Source: Takakia lepidozioides
Lineage: Eukaryota > Plantae > Bryophyta
Direction: 5' to 3'
NCBI GenBank assembly: GCA_030704615.1
Contig: CM060733.1
Span: forward strand, 9,734,001-9,798,000
DNA length: 64,000 bases
Shown: piece by piece, positions 50,749-64,000 of the stretch
Position numbering within the stretch: position 1 is the first letter of the stretch
Layout of the letters: every line of letters begins with the position of its first letter
Notes under the pieces: model-generated
The model's database searches: none
Seen by the model: the letters and a program-made list of their open reading frames with translations, nothing else
What the model was told of the DNA's origin: nothing
Made by a program: the position numbers and the translations under genes

Positions 50749-53700
50749 GACGTCACAACGATGATGTCAGCCAAGTTAGCTTCAAGGTGAAGACTCAACA
50801 TTCAATGTACATGATACATGCTAAGGAGGGAGGAGCACCACACATCAGTATATATAACTACACTTCCAACACTCTTGCATCTTGTATTGGCAGCACGGAG
50901 TCACATGAACCAGATACATTGGAGTTGTCGCTTAGCCAACTACCAGATCAGCCGTTCCGACTCCCACGACCTTCAACATCACGCCGACGCTCTCGAGACG
51001 ATGGGCCCACCAATGTAACGCGTACTTCCTCGTCTGGACCCCGTACTACGGCAAGTGGAGCCTACTCGAAGTCTGATAATTCTGTTGGAGGTTGAGGCTT
51101 CGGACCCAGAGGGCAACGAAATCATGTTTGAAGGCAGCTTCGAAAATCAGAATGCTCAAATCACTGCGTGGTCCCAAGTTCAAGGTGTTGGACACTATCG
51201 ATGGTTGTAGGGACCTATAAATCATTTGAGTCAAGAACGAAGAGCTGAATACTTGGTAAGTACCATTCGCCGGATTTTGGATTTTCTCCAACTCTAAGCA
51301 AGTCCAAGATTTTACCGTTCCTCGAGGAACTCGACGCTAGAAGAGGGGTGATGTCACGGACATAGCCCAGAGGAACTTATCAGGAGCAAATACCAGAAGT
51401 TACATAGTTACCATATTTCGCAGCAAAAAAGATTGTGGGGGGATTGGAAAAAAAAGACCGGAAGTTATCATGACTTACCATAATTTACCATGATTTACCA
51501 TGATTTATCATTAGTTACCAAGTTAGCAGGAGTTTACCAAATTATCAAGAGTAACTTGGGAAACTGCTCTGGAAGCTTCCTTTGGAGGAAACTTCTCCAT
51601 CAAGATACCCATTTGTTTAAGGAAGCTTATCCATCAAGAAACCTTTGTTTAATCTTTGAAAACTTCTCCATTAATAAACCTCTATAGGGAAAGCTTCTTA
51701 GGGAAGCTTCTTAGTAGCCAGTATATATAGGAGGCGAGACTTGACACTCTTCAGTCTCGCCAACACAAGTTCAAGCTACTCTTGTTTCTAGTCTCAATAC
51801 TCCAGTCCAGTTTTCAATATCTAGTACTCTAATCCAGTTTCCAGCATTCCGTATCTTGTATTATTGTCTATTGTTATAAAGATAATCTTGATTCATGTAT
51901 ACCCATCATGCATTCGGCCACGCCGACCTTGACTTCTTGTCTAGTCTGGTACCTCTAGTTTGATCTCTTGTTTGTGTTTAGTCATGCTCTCGTCCTTGAC
52001 AATAAGCCTCTCTTAGCGTCCTTAGATTTGAATGTCATAGCGCTTCACTTCCCCAAAAACCACTCGTAGAGTCCGGAGAAAGAAGAGGTAATCTCGCTTA
52101 TCCACGTATGTCGACAAAGATTCATCGATAATATTCTTTTGGGTTGAAATTTGAAGGTTAAGAACCTCGTCAATCACCTGTGGGCAATCCATGACTATCC
52201 TGTCCCACAAGAAATGAGGGCATTTTCAGACGACCCCTCTGCCCGCCAAGGACAGTCAAAGACCAATCCCAATATGTTTTCCCACCTTGGGTATTCTTTG
52301 GTTAGAACACTGAAAGAAATCACTAAAAGCCGAGCAAAGGCATAGTACAAGCACATAATTTGTGTCTGCAAATCTGTCCTCAGTAGATTCTTGAGTTCCA
52401 TTAAATCCAAACTTTCTGGTATACGATCGACGGATTCGATTAACTTCTCGAAAACATTGACTATTGGGTCTTGAGGTGCAGACCTAACAATGAAGCAACA
52501 AAAGAAATACTTTTAGATTTGTTTTTGGTAATATAACCCTAAATCCTATACCAAGCGGTTGCGTCGTACTCATCCAAACAGAAATCCCTTTAGTGGAAAC
52601 GGAAATTTGATGAAATAACAGTGGTATTTTGGAATAAATTAACGCAAAGGGAACACAATGGTTGGGAGCTTGAGACGATGGGATATGACTGCTCCTTCAA
52701 AATCCTTAATACACGAAACAAGCTTTTCATTGGCATTTGAGGTCATAATCAAACAATGACTCTGAAGTCATGGATTATAAAAACTTTTGAAGCCACAAGT
52801 TTCTATATTTCGTTTTGGATTCTAACTAGATATGCTAATAGATTCGAACTTTGTTGAAGATGAAAGCATGAGACTTACCTTTATATTCTATGATTCTTCT
52901 GTAAGTATTAACCAACAATCTCGATGAATACTAATGATGGATATAACCATACATGTTTCGATATTGTTGTTTTGTTAGAACTTCAATTGATTGGTCTTTC
53001 AAATTCCAAAATAGATTCGGAACATCAACAGTTTATATCTTATAGTCAATAAAGTATAGGCACAAAGTGAAATTTGAAATGGTTTATGTTGAATTTTACA
53101 CACTTCATTCTCCATAAACAGATCAGATCTCTTTTTTGTATGACTTATGGATTTTTGTATCATTTTGAAAGTTCTCATTATGAAGTAGATATTAACTCCA
53201 AGTGACACAAGGAAAATATGTGAGGTTCACATCTTTTGCACAAGGCGATATTTAAGGCTTTTCCTAAGAAAAACATCGGCCATTGTGGGAAAGTAGGATT
53301 CTTATGCATGCGCTATGGAAAGCTCCATAGATCACCAGAACCAGGGAATGTTGTAATTATGTGAAGAAATTAAAAAGTGCCTACAAGGAAATCGGTAGGT
53401 TTATACAGGAAAACGTGGAGACTATTCTAGAGGCCGAGTATTTCAGGCCTCTACATTCACATGAATTGCACGATGAGGTCAACTCAAAGATTTTCTAAGT
53501 TCTTGATGCTTAACCTTGCTGATTGACAAACATGACCATTTAAAAGGTCTATCCATCTTATTCTACCTTCCACCTTTGGAAGTCCTCACGCCTATGAAGC
53601 CTCAAAGCGATCGTGAAGTATATGCTCATCTCCTCTCAAGAACCGACTTTTCACAACAAAGGGGCAAGCAAGAAGAGACGATCGATGTGCGAGAGGAGGA

Positions 53701-53989
53701 TCAACGCAGGAATCTGACACAAAAGAGCTCTAATCCACTGCCTATTCACAAATTTCACATATACAGTAACACCCGAGTACACCGTCCATGACCTGGAGTG
53801 CAGCTACGGCGTGAGCCTAGCCACGTGAGCCCAGGAGCTCGGCTCACGCTTTGCCCTCTAAGCGTGAGCCCAGGGGTTTAGTGGAGGAAGAAGCAGGCCC
53901 CCATACCCGAGTCCTCTGTTTAGAGAGGGTCCTATTGTCGTGGAAAGCAGTAGTTATAGCGCTTGAAAAAAGAGGTATAGAAAGAATGG

Positions 53990-55600
53990 AATGGTCATTG
54001 TGAAACTTACCGAGGTTTTCTTATTGAAGAAGAGGTGAACAAAAAAAGGCTGGGTGAGTCATCATGAATCTTACTTAGGGATTCTTGCATGAACAAGAGG
54101 CAAGAAAGTTTGGATGCTCATTGTCAAGCTATCTGACGTTTCCAGTATTTCATCCATGGTGGATGGATGATGGATGGATGAAATATTGAAGGAGAGGCTA
54201 AAAATAATGAGGATGGGCAAGAACAGGCCCCAAAATATGACCCCTCATTGTGAAACAAACAATGGTTTTTGTTAATATAGATGAGGTGAAAATTAAACAG
54301 ATGGTCATCTTCAAGCTTATTTAGGCTTTGTGTTTGTGAAGAGTGTGTAACAAAATGAGCGGTTTATTGTGGAACTTGTTTAGGTTTGTGTTATTGAAGA
54401 TGAGGTGAAAAAAAATACATGGTCATTGTGATTGCTTATTTAGGGTGTCTTGTGAAGAAGATAGGTAAAAAAAAAACATTGAGCTATCCTTGTGAAACTT
54501 GTTTAGGATTTTGTTATTGAAGAAGAGGTGAAAAAAAAATCAGATGGTCATCATGAATGCTTATATAGGGTTTGTTTGTGAAGAAGAGGTGAAAAAGAAA
54601 GTTAAACTCTATCATTGTCAAACTTGTTCAGGTTTCTGTTATTGAAGAAGAGGTGAAAAAAAGAAATCAGATGGCCATTATGAATGTTTATTAGGTTTGT
54701 TTCTGAAGAAGAGGTGAAAAAATTGAGCTCTCATTCTCAAACTTGTTAAGGTTTCTGTTATTGAAGAAGAGGTGAAAAAAAATATTAGATGGTCATCATG
54801 AATGCTTATTAGGTTTGTTTGTGAAGAAGAGGTGAAAAAAAAAGTTGAGCTCTATCATTGTCAAACTTGTTCAGGTTTCTGTTATTGAAGAAGAGGTGAA
54901 AAAAAAAACCAGATGGTCATCATGAATGCTTATTTAGGAAATAAATTAGGGATTGTTTGTGAAGAAGAGGGTGAAAAAAAACTTGAGCTCTACCATTGTC
55001 AAACTTCTTCAGGTTTCTGTTATTGAAGAAGAGGTGAAAAAAACCCAGATGGTCATCATGAATGCTTATTTAGGGTTTGTTTGTGAAGAAGAGGTGAAAA
55101 AAATTGAGCTCTATCATTGTCAATCTTGTTCAGGTTTCTGTTGATGAAAAAGAGGTGAAAAAAAAATCAGATGGTCATCATGAATAAATTAGGGATTGTT
55201 TGTGAAGAAGAGGTGAAAAAAAACTTGAGCTCTATCATTGTCAAATTTCTTCAGGTTTCTGTTATTGAAGAAGAGGTGAAAAAAAACTAGATGGTCATCA
55301 TGAATGCTTATTTAGGGTTTGTTTGTGAAGAAGAGGTGAAAAAAAAAGTTGAGCTCTATCATTGTCAAACTTCTTCAGGTTTCTGTTATTGAAGAAGAGG
55401 TGAAAAAAAAAATCATATGGTCATCATGAATGTTTATTTAGGGTTTGTTTGTATAGAGGACGTGGAAAACAAATGAGCTGTCATTATGAAACTTGTTCAG
55501 GTGACTGTTATTCAAGAAGAAGTGGAAAAAAAAACAGATGGTCATCATGAAGCTCGTTTACGCAATGCTTCTGTATAGGCCGTGAAAAAATAAAATGAGC
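53990..55600. repeat. ~120-bp tandem array (two ~60-bp subunits sharing GAAGAAGAGGTGAAAAAA), about 13 units
   Basis: Alternating ...agatggtcatcatgaatgcttatt... and ...gagctctatcattgtcaaacttg... subunits. Confidence 0.95.
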
Positions 55601-55799
55601 TTTCATACTGACACTTGTCCATGTTTGGCAGGCCCTCGAACAAAAAAAAAAATTATTTATTTATTTAATTTTTGGCCCGGGGCAATATTGGGGGTGGGGA
55701 CAGAAGCGGTGTGCGTTGACACACTCAATTTTAAAGGCTCGTTAACCAAACCAGATGAAAAAATAAACTACCTTTCATAACGAGACATCGCCTGCTTGT

Positions 55800-56400
55800 C
55801 CAGATTTAAGAACTGTGTATACATGTTCTACAAACAAGGCAGCCCTTTCCGACATTGCAAAAAATTGCAACATATGCAACACTACTCGATATTGCCAATG
55901 TCTCGCTGCAAAAGTGTCCGTACCTCACCAGGACCTAGTGTTGCCTGGTGAATGATTTGGTTTCATTTGGGATCACAATACATCCTGCGCAAAAAGATGT
56001 AGTAAAGATGCTTGCATGGAACCCATTTCCCTCTCTTTCTTAGAGCTTCCTCACGCATGCACAAGAACTCGGGATAGGTACACCCCGAAAAATTTCCCAC
56101 CGTCACCTGATAGGCCCTGTCGTGCAAAACAGACCCAGATGTGACCAAAGTATAACCCGTCCATACCTAGGTGAAGGTACTTCCATAGTTCCTGTTACCC
56201 GAGCCTGAAGTAGTCTGGCCGATTCCACCTTCGCATCGTGATCAGGCCCCGAAGCCACCCGATGCACTGTTTTGCCATTCCTTCTCGTGGGATGCGAAGT
56301 ATCGTCTGGAAGAGGCACCATAGCAGCAATGCAACCAAGAGTCGACGCCACAGATCGGTGCAGAAGAAAGCCGACGTCCTCCAACTTGCCAATCTCCAGT
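55800..56400 (-). pseudogene. SWIM zinc-finger protein fragment
   Basis: YQVTVGNFSGCTYPEF...KWVPCKHLYYIF (CxC..CxH pattern with one Cys changed to Tyr). Confidence 0.8.
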
Positions 56401-56679
56401 TCGTCAATGATCATCCTCAAATCATGATAATGAAAAAATTGAGTGTGTTGACGCACACTCAGTTCTCTCGGGGGGGGGGGGGGGGGGGGGGGGGGGCAAA
56501 ACCCGCCGGGTACCCGGGGTGAAAATCCGGACCCGCACCTGTCGTCGATGATCATCCTGAAATCATGATCATTAAGAAATTGAGTGCGTTGACGCACTCA
56601 GTTCTCCCGGGGGTGGGGGAGGAGAGAAAACAAAAAAAATAATATATATATATATATTTGGTTATCATACAATCTGTCA

Positions 56680-57580
56680 CGATGAGATGTCGCCGGGAGC
56701 TGGCAAGCTACTTGAAAGCCTCGGGGATGCGGATTATCAAGACCTGGAACTGTGTCAACAGCCTATATCTGACAAAGGGAGATTGCCCAGGGCAGAAGGT
56801 GGGTTTCAAATACTTTGTTTTTATGCCTTCTCTGTTGAAGTTCCACTGTACTGACTGTTATGAAGTCATGTTGTTCGCACTGCCTGAATTGAGTGCTTCA
56901 ACGCACTCAGTTATGGCGGTGCATGAGCAATGACTCTGAACCAGTTCCATCCGGAATGGGTCTGCACTCCCAGCCAAATGTGCTATGAAACATTCCCCAC
57001 TAACTATGGTCCTCTTCATCGCAGACCCGTCTATTTGAGGCCGTCTGTCTCGTGAGGGTACATCCATTGTCGACTCCCACCACAGTGGTGGAGTTTGAGC
57101 TTCATGGGGGAGGATGTTTTATAAACGAGAGGTTCGATCCTGTCATCGACGACATGCACTACAACTATGTCGACTCCAACGTATGTTTGCGAAAGCCAAA
57201 TGGAACGCCTTGGAGAGGGGCCCGTGAGAAAAGCCCGGCTTTTATCCAAACGATCATTGAGAGTTGTTATCGGCCAGGGGCCCGCACCATAGATCTCACT
57301 CTCGGCACAGGTTTATCTTCTTGCCTTTGTCATCGATTTCTTTTCTTCTGCACCTTCTTTACTCAATATTCTAAAACTCAATCTGTCTCTTGCAGACGCT
57401 TCTTACCATGTTTGCAAGGCAGGTGGCAGACACTTGTTTGGTATGGGAGGAGATGCAGATATTTTCACTGGCCTCCTCGCCGAGTTGCAAGGGGCGCGTC
57501 TACCTCCAATGTCAAGAATGTCACTGCGCAAATTGATATCCTCGATGGAGACGACTAGGACCTGGACAATGACCTTTCAT
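56680..57580 (+). pseudogene. N4/N6 (amino) DNA methyltransferase-like gene fragment with spliceosomal intron
   Basis: WRGAREKSPAFIQTIIESCYRPGARTIDLTLGT, GT-AG intron 57311-57395, then DASYHVCKAGGRHLFGMGGDADIF; parallels the beta-class pattern KP..L...I...S.PG..VLDPF.GSGTT..A...GR..IG.E.D. Confidence 0.7.
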
Positions 57581-60500
57581 GTGAATAAGTTCATTTTCTG
57601 TCTATTTGATCACTGTGTATATGGTCTGTCACGTCCCCTTCTGTTGTCTGATTGTTACCCAAATGGTGCATTTCTGATTGTAGGAATGTGAACGCACTCC
57701 CATGGCCCCTGTCTTCCATATACTTGAGGGACTTGTGCTGGAGCCCACCTCCTAATTATGTCCTTCCTGATTACGCGGAAGGCATTGCTTATGTGCAAGC
57801 AGCTATGCTTTCTCCCCTACCCTTGCGTTGGAGTTCCAGGAAGACGCTCAGACACCTCCGCGCAAAGGTCTTCATAGATAATAGTGTAGCAGTTTCAGGT
57901 GGTAGCAGTACTTCTAGCAGTTCAGCAGATTCAGGTGGTAGCAGTAGCAGTGTTGACACCACCTACGGATGTACTTGAGGGCATTCATTTATGGAACATG
58001 AGGGGACACACTCTCCGTTCTCCGTTGCACCACCATTTCTCTTCCCACCATCCGTTGTAATGAGCACGGACTACAATGAAATTCACATCCCTGAATTGAA
58101 ACATTCTCTCCCCCGTGTCCTGCGAATTTGAAAGTGTTTTCCTTCTAAACATTGCTCTCCAATTCAACCGTGTGCATTCAATAAATGTTTTTCAACAAAG
58201 ATGAAAATGTGCATAGTCCAGTAGACAGTCATTCGACATATGCCATCACACCAATATTTGGTTGGATGGATGGAGGATGAATGTTTTTGGATGGATGAAC
58301 CCTGATTGGATGTATACTGTGGATGAATGTTGCATGCGTGGATGGTCCCATGGATGATATCAGTGCGCAGTATCATGCACAGGGGCGGGATGGCGAGGTT
58401 CACTGTCGGGGTTGAGGTGGATCCCTAAGGCTGACAAGGGTTAGGGTTTCTGTTTGGGGTTGCAGGGTTAATATGGATGAAGACGTGTTTCGGTAATGGA
58501 TCCTCTTCCACGGAAATAGACGCCGCATCTTTCCCAAAATCATGCCACATATCCTGGGCTCACGCCAGGCTCCTGGGCTCACGTGGCTAGGCTCACACTC
58601 TAGCTTCCCCCCCTGACCTGTGTCAGAGCGCCATCTTTATAATACAAAAAAACCCTAGCTTTTGCTGCATGCCGTGTGGCGAGGCGTGACAGGCCAAGCC
58701 CGCGGCACCTGATTGCAGCCATAGATCAGATGGATGGCTTAGATGATGTCATCTAGCTAACTAACCCCTAGACTAACCATGAGTGTAACCGTTTAACGGT
58801 ACTTAAGCCAAAAAAAATACGGATGAACGAATATCGCCGCATGGATGAATTAGAAAACTTCTAGGCTATGAGAGGATGGGCCTTCACATCTGTGAAGCCT
58901 ACCCCCCACGAAAAGTCCAGAGCTCCGCAAAGTAAAGTATAAGAAATAATAAGTTAATATTTTGATAAAATCAACCTCCGCTGCTAGGTGAAAAATCTAC
59001 CAAGGAAAAACCTGGCACCTGCAAATTGGGCCGAGGACAAACCCTTGGATAGGAAAACCGTGCAGGGAGTACATGTAGTGATATAATATAGGACTACAAA
59101 TGTCTTAAGTCCTAGAATGGAAAAGCCAGAAGGTCATAAAGGTTAGAATCCGCAACCTAAGACTAAATGTTAGCACGACAACATGAATTCCGTGACATCC
59201 CGGTGAATTCCCAGCCAATAGTAAACCTCTTGGATGCGAAGCCACGGTTTTCTCGATATCAAGGTGACCTACATACAAGGAACAATGGAAACGCTCCAAT
59301 AAAACATTCAGCTGGCTTCGTGGTGGCATCTCCAAATAGCATGGCACTCCCCCTCTAGTAAGCTCCTTGATCAGTTTATTACCCATGAAACGGTGAGTAG
59401 ACACATGATAGAGAATTTGTTTACGCAAGGACTCGGACAGGCTTGTTGGCGAATGCACTGATTGACATCGTTGGAGTAGCGCACCATGTAGCTGATCATC
59501 CATGGCTGCACTGCACATAAGAGGTAGACGATGGGCTTTAGATAATGTGGTCTGGAGTGCCTACACCTATGATCTCCAGCCAATGATTCCTTCACTGGGT
59601 CGTTGCAGCCTACAATGTCCATTTCTGGTTGTCATAGCACAGTTTTTCCTGCACATAGACTGATGGTATACATTCACACTCTACAATCGAATGAAATATA
59701 TGATTAAAGGACTCTAAAGGATAATATGCAGTAGAGGCTTCACCCACTCTTTCAAGTTTCATTTCAAAATACTAAGTATATTGAAAGTTAGGGACTTTTT
59801 AAAAAGTCCTTAGTAAAATGTCAGAATCCATAATTTGATGATTATGTACTTTGCTCTTGGTCAATTTTCAATGCCACTATAGAAAGAGACTCACATTCTA
59901 ATCACCCCCATTTTGAGAAATCTACAATGTCTTATCTTACACTAAAATATGTCGTCCATATGTATTTCCCATATAGATGAATTAGATTTGAAAATTTCAT
60001 CATTTTAATTTAATTTGATTTAATTTTTTATTTTATTTTATTTATTATTTTTGAAAAGCCTGCCCATATTTTTTGACACGGTACTTTTGGTCGACGGACT
60101 AGATCGACTTCATCCGACGGTCCAAAATCTTATTTTTCAAAAACTCGCGCCAGCTCGTGATCGTGTCGGATTATGGACACTCTAGGCTGCAAACACCCCA
60201 CCTCATTTGTTAGTACTCATTGACAGCCAAATCAGGCCTTGAGGCTCAAGCCAAAGTCACACCGGAGTGCAACAGCTGAATCACAACAAACTTGGGAGCC
60301 TAGGAAAGAGAGGAGCTGGAACACAACAAGGAACTTCCACCAAACTAGCCAAATTCTCTCTAAGCGATAGATCCACCATACATACTAACACATGAATAAA
60401 TCAACCAGGATCATCAAGATCTGGATTATGAGCGTTGGGCTCAGGCAGCGGCGACGCTGGCAAGGCAACAATGTCGGGCAGCGCGCTATCGGTAAGGTTA

Positions 60501-61859
60501 GCAACAACAAGGTTATCATCAGAAGGGGTTGTAGCAGCAGGGTTAGTCTCAATAGCAGGATTAGCCTCAATTGCAAGTACTACACTAATTTGTAATTTAA
60601 AAGAGACTCTCTCCCTCTCTGCGAGCTACACAAGCAAAGTCACGTATTGCAGTCATCTCCTGCAAATACAACACAACTCGTAGAGTAAGAAAACAAGATT
60701 GCAGCAGCATGAGAAAATGCAGCAAGGTGACTAGCCGTCATTGTAAGACTGATCAGCGAAGCACTATGCAGCAGAGATTAGTGCAGATCCCTCAAAAAGA
60801 CCTAACTAAGCTTGATAGAGTGGTCAGGAGCCACCAAACGCCTATACGCTACTCAGCGTCTCTCCACCACAAAACGAGTGTGAAGTATATGCTTTTTTTC
60901 TCTCAAGAACCGACTTTTCACAACAAACGGGCAAGCTAGAAGAGACGAACGATGCGCAAGAGGAGGATCAACGTAGGAATCTGACACAAAAGAGCTCTCA
61001 TCCACTGCCTGTTCTCAAACTTCACATATACAGTAAGACCCGAGTACACCGTCAGGACCTATGTCAGGGCGCCGTCTTCATACAAAAAAACCCTAGCCTT
61101 TACTGCATGCCGTGTGGCGAGGCGTGACAGGCCAAGTTCGCGGCGCCTGATTGCAGCCATAGATCAGATGGATGGCTTAGATGATGCCATCTAGATAACT
61201 AACCCCTAGACTAACCATGAGTGTAACCGTTTAACGGTATTTAAGCCAAAAATAATAATACGGATGAATGACTATTGCCGCATGGATGAATTAGGAAACT
61301 TCTAGGCTAGGAGAGAATGGGCCTTCACAGGCCCATAGGTATGTAGGTATTTGTTGGACTCATTTTGGAGTTTGGAGGCCTAACATAGTCAATTTTTGAA
61401 TGATTAGGCTACAAGATAATGATTCATAACAACTGCACTTGGAACATTGGGAAAACTGTAATATGTAGTTCCATTCCATCAGGGGCACTAAAATAATCAA
61501 TTTACCTTAAGTGAAATGTGATCTATTAAGTATTTCCTTAAGGGATTTACCTCCTTCATATATACATTGCTACATGGCTAATGGCTAATGATGGTTTTGC
61601 CTCAACGTAATGTAATCTACTTCGCATTCCCATTTACCACAATTTTACCTTAAGGCAATGTCAATTTCCATCATGGGCATTCTCCCTTGTTTTAATTAGG
61701 GATTGGTCCAAATTTTGCGATATTTTTGTGTTACGGAGAAGGTGTTTTGTAGGGGAAAAGCTATTACTTCCGAAGGTGGGAATACCAAATAACTGCCTTG
61801 TGTGATTTTAAATAGGTTTTCCTAAATTTGGACATTTGATTATCCAAAAACACGATTCG

Positions 61860-64000
61860 GGCACGAGACACCATCCATTCTTCATTCACTCTCCTTCACG
61901 CGACGCTGGAAGCCGAGGTTCATGAACAGAACGAGGCCATCGAGCTTCGGAGGCTCACGGATCAGCAGCAGCCTTCTTACAACCCCATCGGCCCCGACCC
62001 TCCCTTGTCTCCAGAAGCGCAAAGGAGCCCAGCCCGCGCACACATGTCCACGACAAAGCCTAACAAATCTACTCTCTCGGAATTGTAGCACCCGTCAACT
62101 GAGAAGCAACCTTGTCCAGCATGTGCTACCACTGCCCTCGCCCACGCCCCTTCCCACTTAGTCACCCCCTCTTCATGTAAGCCTCTACCTTCACCCCATT
62201 CCCTTCTTGGTGTTCTCTCCCTCCTCAACCTAGCAGAATAGGTGTAAAATTCTGTGTCTTAAATCTGAGGCCAACTCAACAAGCAAAGTCTTACCATCTA
62301 TAGCGGTCCCTGACAATCTCGTCGACTTAGCTTTAGAAATGTCTGTTGGTACCCTCTCTCCAGAAACGCCAACTTCCCTTGCCCTTATCCTCCTTTCCGA
62401 GTTCTTCCTCCAACTCACGGAGGCACCCACGAAAATCTATACAGACTCAGTATCCTCGGCTCGTTTCTTGCCCCTTCCCCATGTCTGCCACCATCACCAA
62501 CCGCTCAACCCTTGCACCCAAGTCCTGTTCATACAGCTTAGTAACCCCGCACCCGTAGCACCTGTCAACTACAAATGGGTCTCATCCCCTCTTCCCTCCG
62601 ACAAAAGAACTAAGTTCCAATACTCTCACACCAGGCCATCAATTGAGAAATACCCTCTCAGCCTGTCTATACCTCAAGATGCAGGTTAGTATTCACTCGT
62701 GGAACATTAGGGGGATTGGCTCTGACCAGGCAAACACAAAAAAAATCAAGCTACACGCCTGGTTGGCACCACTCCAACGAACGGAGACTATCGTGTTCAT
62801 CCAAGAACACAAGCTCTGCCAGCAAAAAATCTCTAACCTCTCTGACCAACTCTGACCAGCATCTGCTGCCCTCTGGAAACCTTCCCATGCCGGCTCAAGG
62901 GGGGGGGGGGTACTGCCATCCTCCTTGCACCCTCCTTAGTTCAGTTCATCATCAGGGAGGAAGTTTGGGAGCCAGGTTGAGTCCAATTCTGCTCTCTCAA
63001 ACTTCCCAACCAACCTGACCCTCTTGGCTTTGTTAACATTTACGCTCCGAACTCCTACGTAGAACGTGCTGAACTCTGGGCTCTCATCAACCATAAAATG
63101 TCCTCGCAACCAACAGCCCACTCCTGGATTCTGGCAGGAGATTTCAATATGGTAGACATCAACCAAGATAGACGAGGTTTGGCATCTCATCATCTTAACC
63201 CTGATGAGGAGGTCTCTTGGCTCTCTCTCATCCAAACACATAGCCTTTCGGAAATTGACTCAAATCCTAGCCCCCCGAGAAGGAATAACCCTTTCTTCAA
63301 TTGGACAAACAACCGCACCCTCCAAGACCTCTGCATGGCCAGATTGGATAGAATATATATCTCAATCTCAATCTCTAATGGAGCAAGCTGTCACCCGCAA
63401 GAACCCATTGCTCATGGGCTCGATCATGCCATTGTTTCAGCCTCTCTCTCCATGCCCTGCAAAAGTAGGAGAGGTAGAGGTATCTATAAGCTCAACACTT
63501 CACATCTCCGCATCCCCTCTTTCAAGTTAGGCCTGGAACTAGCATGGAAACAGACAGCCAACGACATATCTTGCCCTATTACCAAATTTACCCTCAAGCT
63601 TCAAGCAGCAGGTAAGGCAAGCCAAGATATGAGTAAAGATATATCTGTTGCCCAGAAGGAACGCATTCAGGCCCTCAAAAAATGCCTGAATGTATGTTAG
63701 AAACAAATAGAAAACAACACATGCGATGACCATACCTTCCAAACCTACCTGGAAGCCCGCCAAAACCTTGACATGTTCCATCTCAAGCAAGAGCAAAAAA
63801 TGCGTATGCAAGCAGGCATCAACTGGTCTGCAAAAGGTGAAAAGATGTCTAAATACTTCTTCGAGAAAGTCAAACTTAAAAGATCTCTCCAGAGGGTTCA
63901 CGAGCTCTACTTGGACAACCAGGGCACTAAATCCACCGACCCTAAGATTATGAGTGAGGCAGCGTTCAACCACTTTGCCAAACTCTTCCAAGCGGATCCG
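61860..64000 (+). mobile_element. L1-type LINE, cut by the window end
   Basis: P/S-rich ORF1-like region followed by an ORF2 endonuclease; left boundary approximate. Confidence 0.85.
62679..64000 (+). pseudogene. LINE ORF2 AP-endonuclease domain, with stops and frameshift
   Basis: SWNIRGIG, FIQEHK, NIYAP, WILAGDFN, ARLDRIY, LDHAIV, IYKLN, SKYFF. Confidence 0.93.

Larger units (their letters stand above)
29474..52001 (+). mobile_element. Chromoviral Ty3/Gypsy element (Tcn1-like), copy 2, with two nested insertions
   Basis: LTRs 29474-30127 and 51352-52001 (TG..CA); flanks gtaag/ataag (4/5 TSD); PPT agaagaggggtga 51339-51351; same family as copy 1. Confidence 0.95.
53795..58612. mobile_element. 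TIR DNA transposon (MULE-like), internally deleted, inserted into an LTR
   Basis: TIR core gtgagcctagccacgtgagcccaggagc at both ends, inverted; duplicated tgacct flanks; an empty site is seen in the LTR copy at ~61050; SWIM domain inside. Confidence 0.85.
53612..61329 (-). mobile_element. Degenerate LTR retrotransposon (internally deleted)
   Basis: LTR copies 53612-53794 plus 58614-58888, and 60879-61329 (TGTGAAG..CTTCACA); integrase Zn-finger-like remnant FHCSLYVGHLDIEKT at ~59240-59290; no TSD found. Confidence 0.75.

Noticed and set aside
56469-56496. Long G run as a functional G-quadruplex
   Set aside because: It is a homopolymer within a short local duplication (56405-56470 / 56545-56612); its length is unreliable and there is no supporting evidence.
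53612-61329. Two independent solo LTRs, or an intact element
   Set aside because: No TSD was found for either reading and the interior retains only an integrase remnant; it is kept only as a degenerate element.
1-64000. tRNA or rRNA genes
   Set aside because: None were recognised by eye; a covariance-model scan was not possible.

Overview
Eukaryotic, transposon-dominated plant DNA. The PLS/DYW-type PPR fragments and the TE families suggest a non-seed land plant such as a bryophyte (inference). No intact host gene is evident. From left to right: (1) a hAT transposase split by a ~11.8 kb Ty3/Gypsy element whose pol carries a C5-cytosine DNA methyltransferase between protease and RT and a PHD finger after integrase; its 5' region holds captured gene fragments, including TOM5. 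(2) A cassette at ~14.9-27.4 kb bounded by two GCGACCGCC-palindrome arrays, containing a 120-bp tandem repeat, four consecutive unrelated hairpins and a protein-kinase pseudogene; a chromoviral Gypsy element is inserted into one hairpin. (3) A second copy of that chromovirus family (29474-52001), interrupted by a CACTA-ended insert carrying PPR-DYW/OSB-like fragments and by a complete non-chromoviral Gypsy element with extra 3' ORFs. (4) A degenerate LTR element, one LTR of which is split by a TIR (MULE-like) element carrying a SWIM finger, a satellite-like array and an intron-containing N4/N6-type DNA methyltransferase-like gene. (5) A 3'-cut L1-type LINE. The most notable points are two unrelated DNA-methyltransferase types in two different mobile elements and the hairpin cluster. 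All alignments were made by eye; none were computed.
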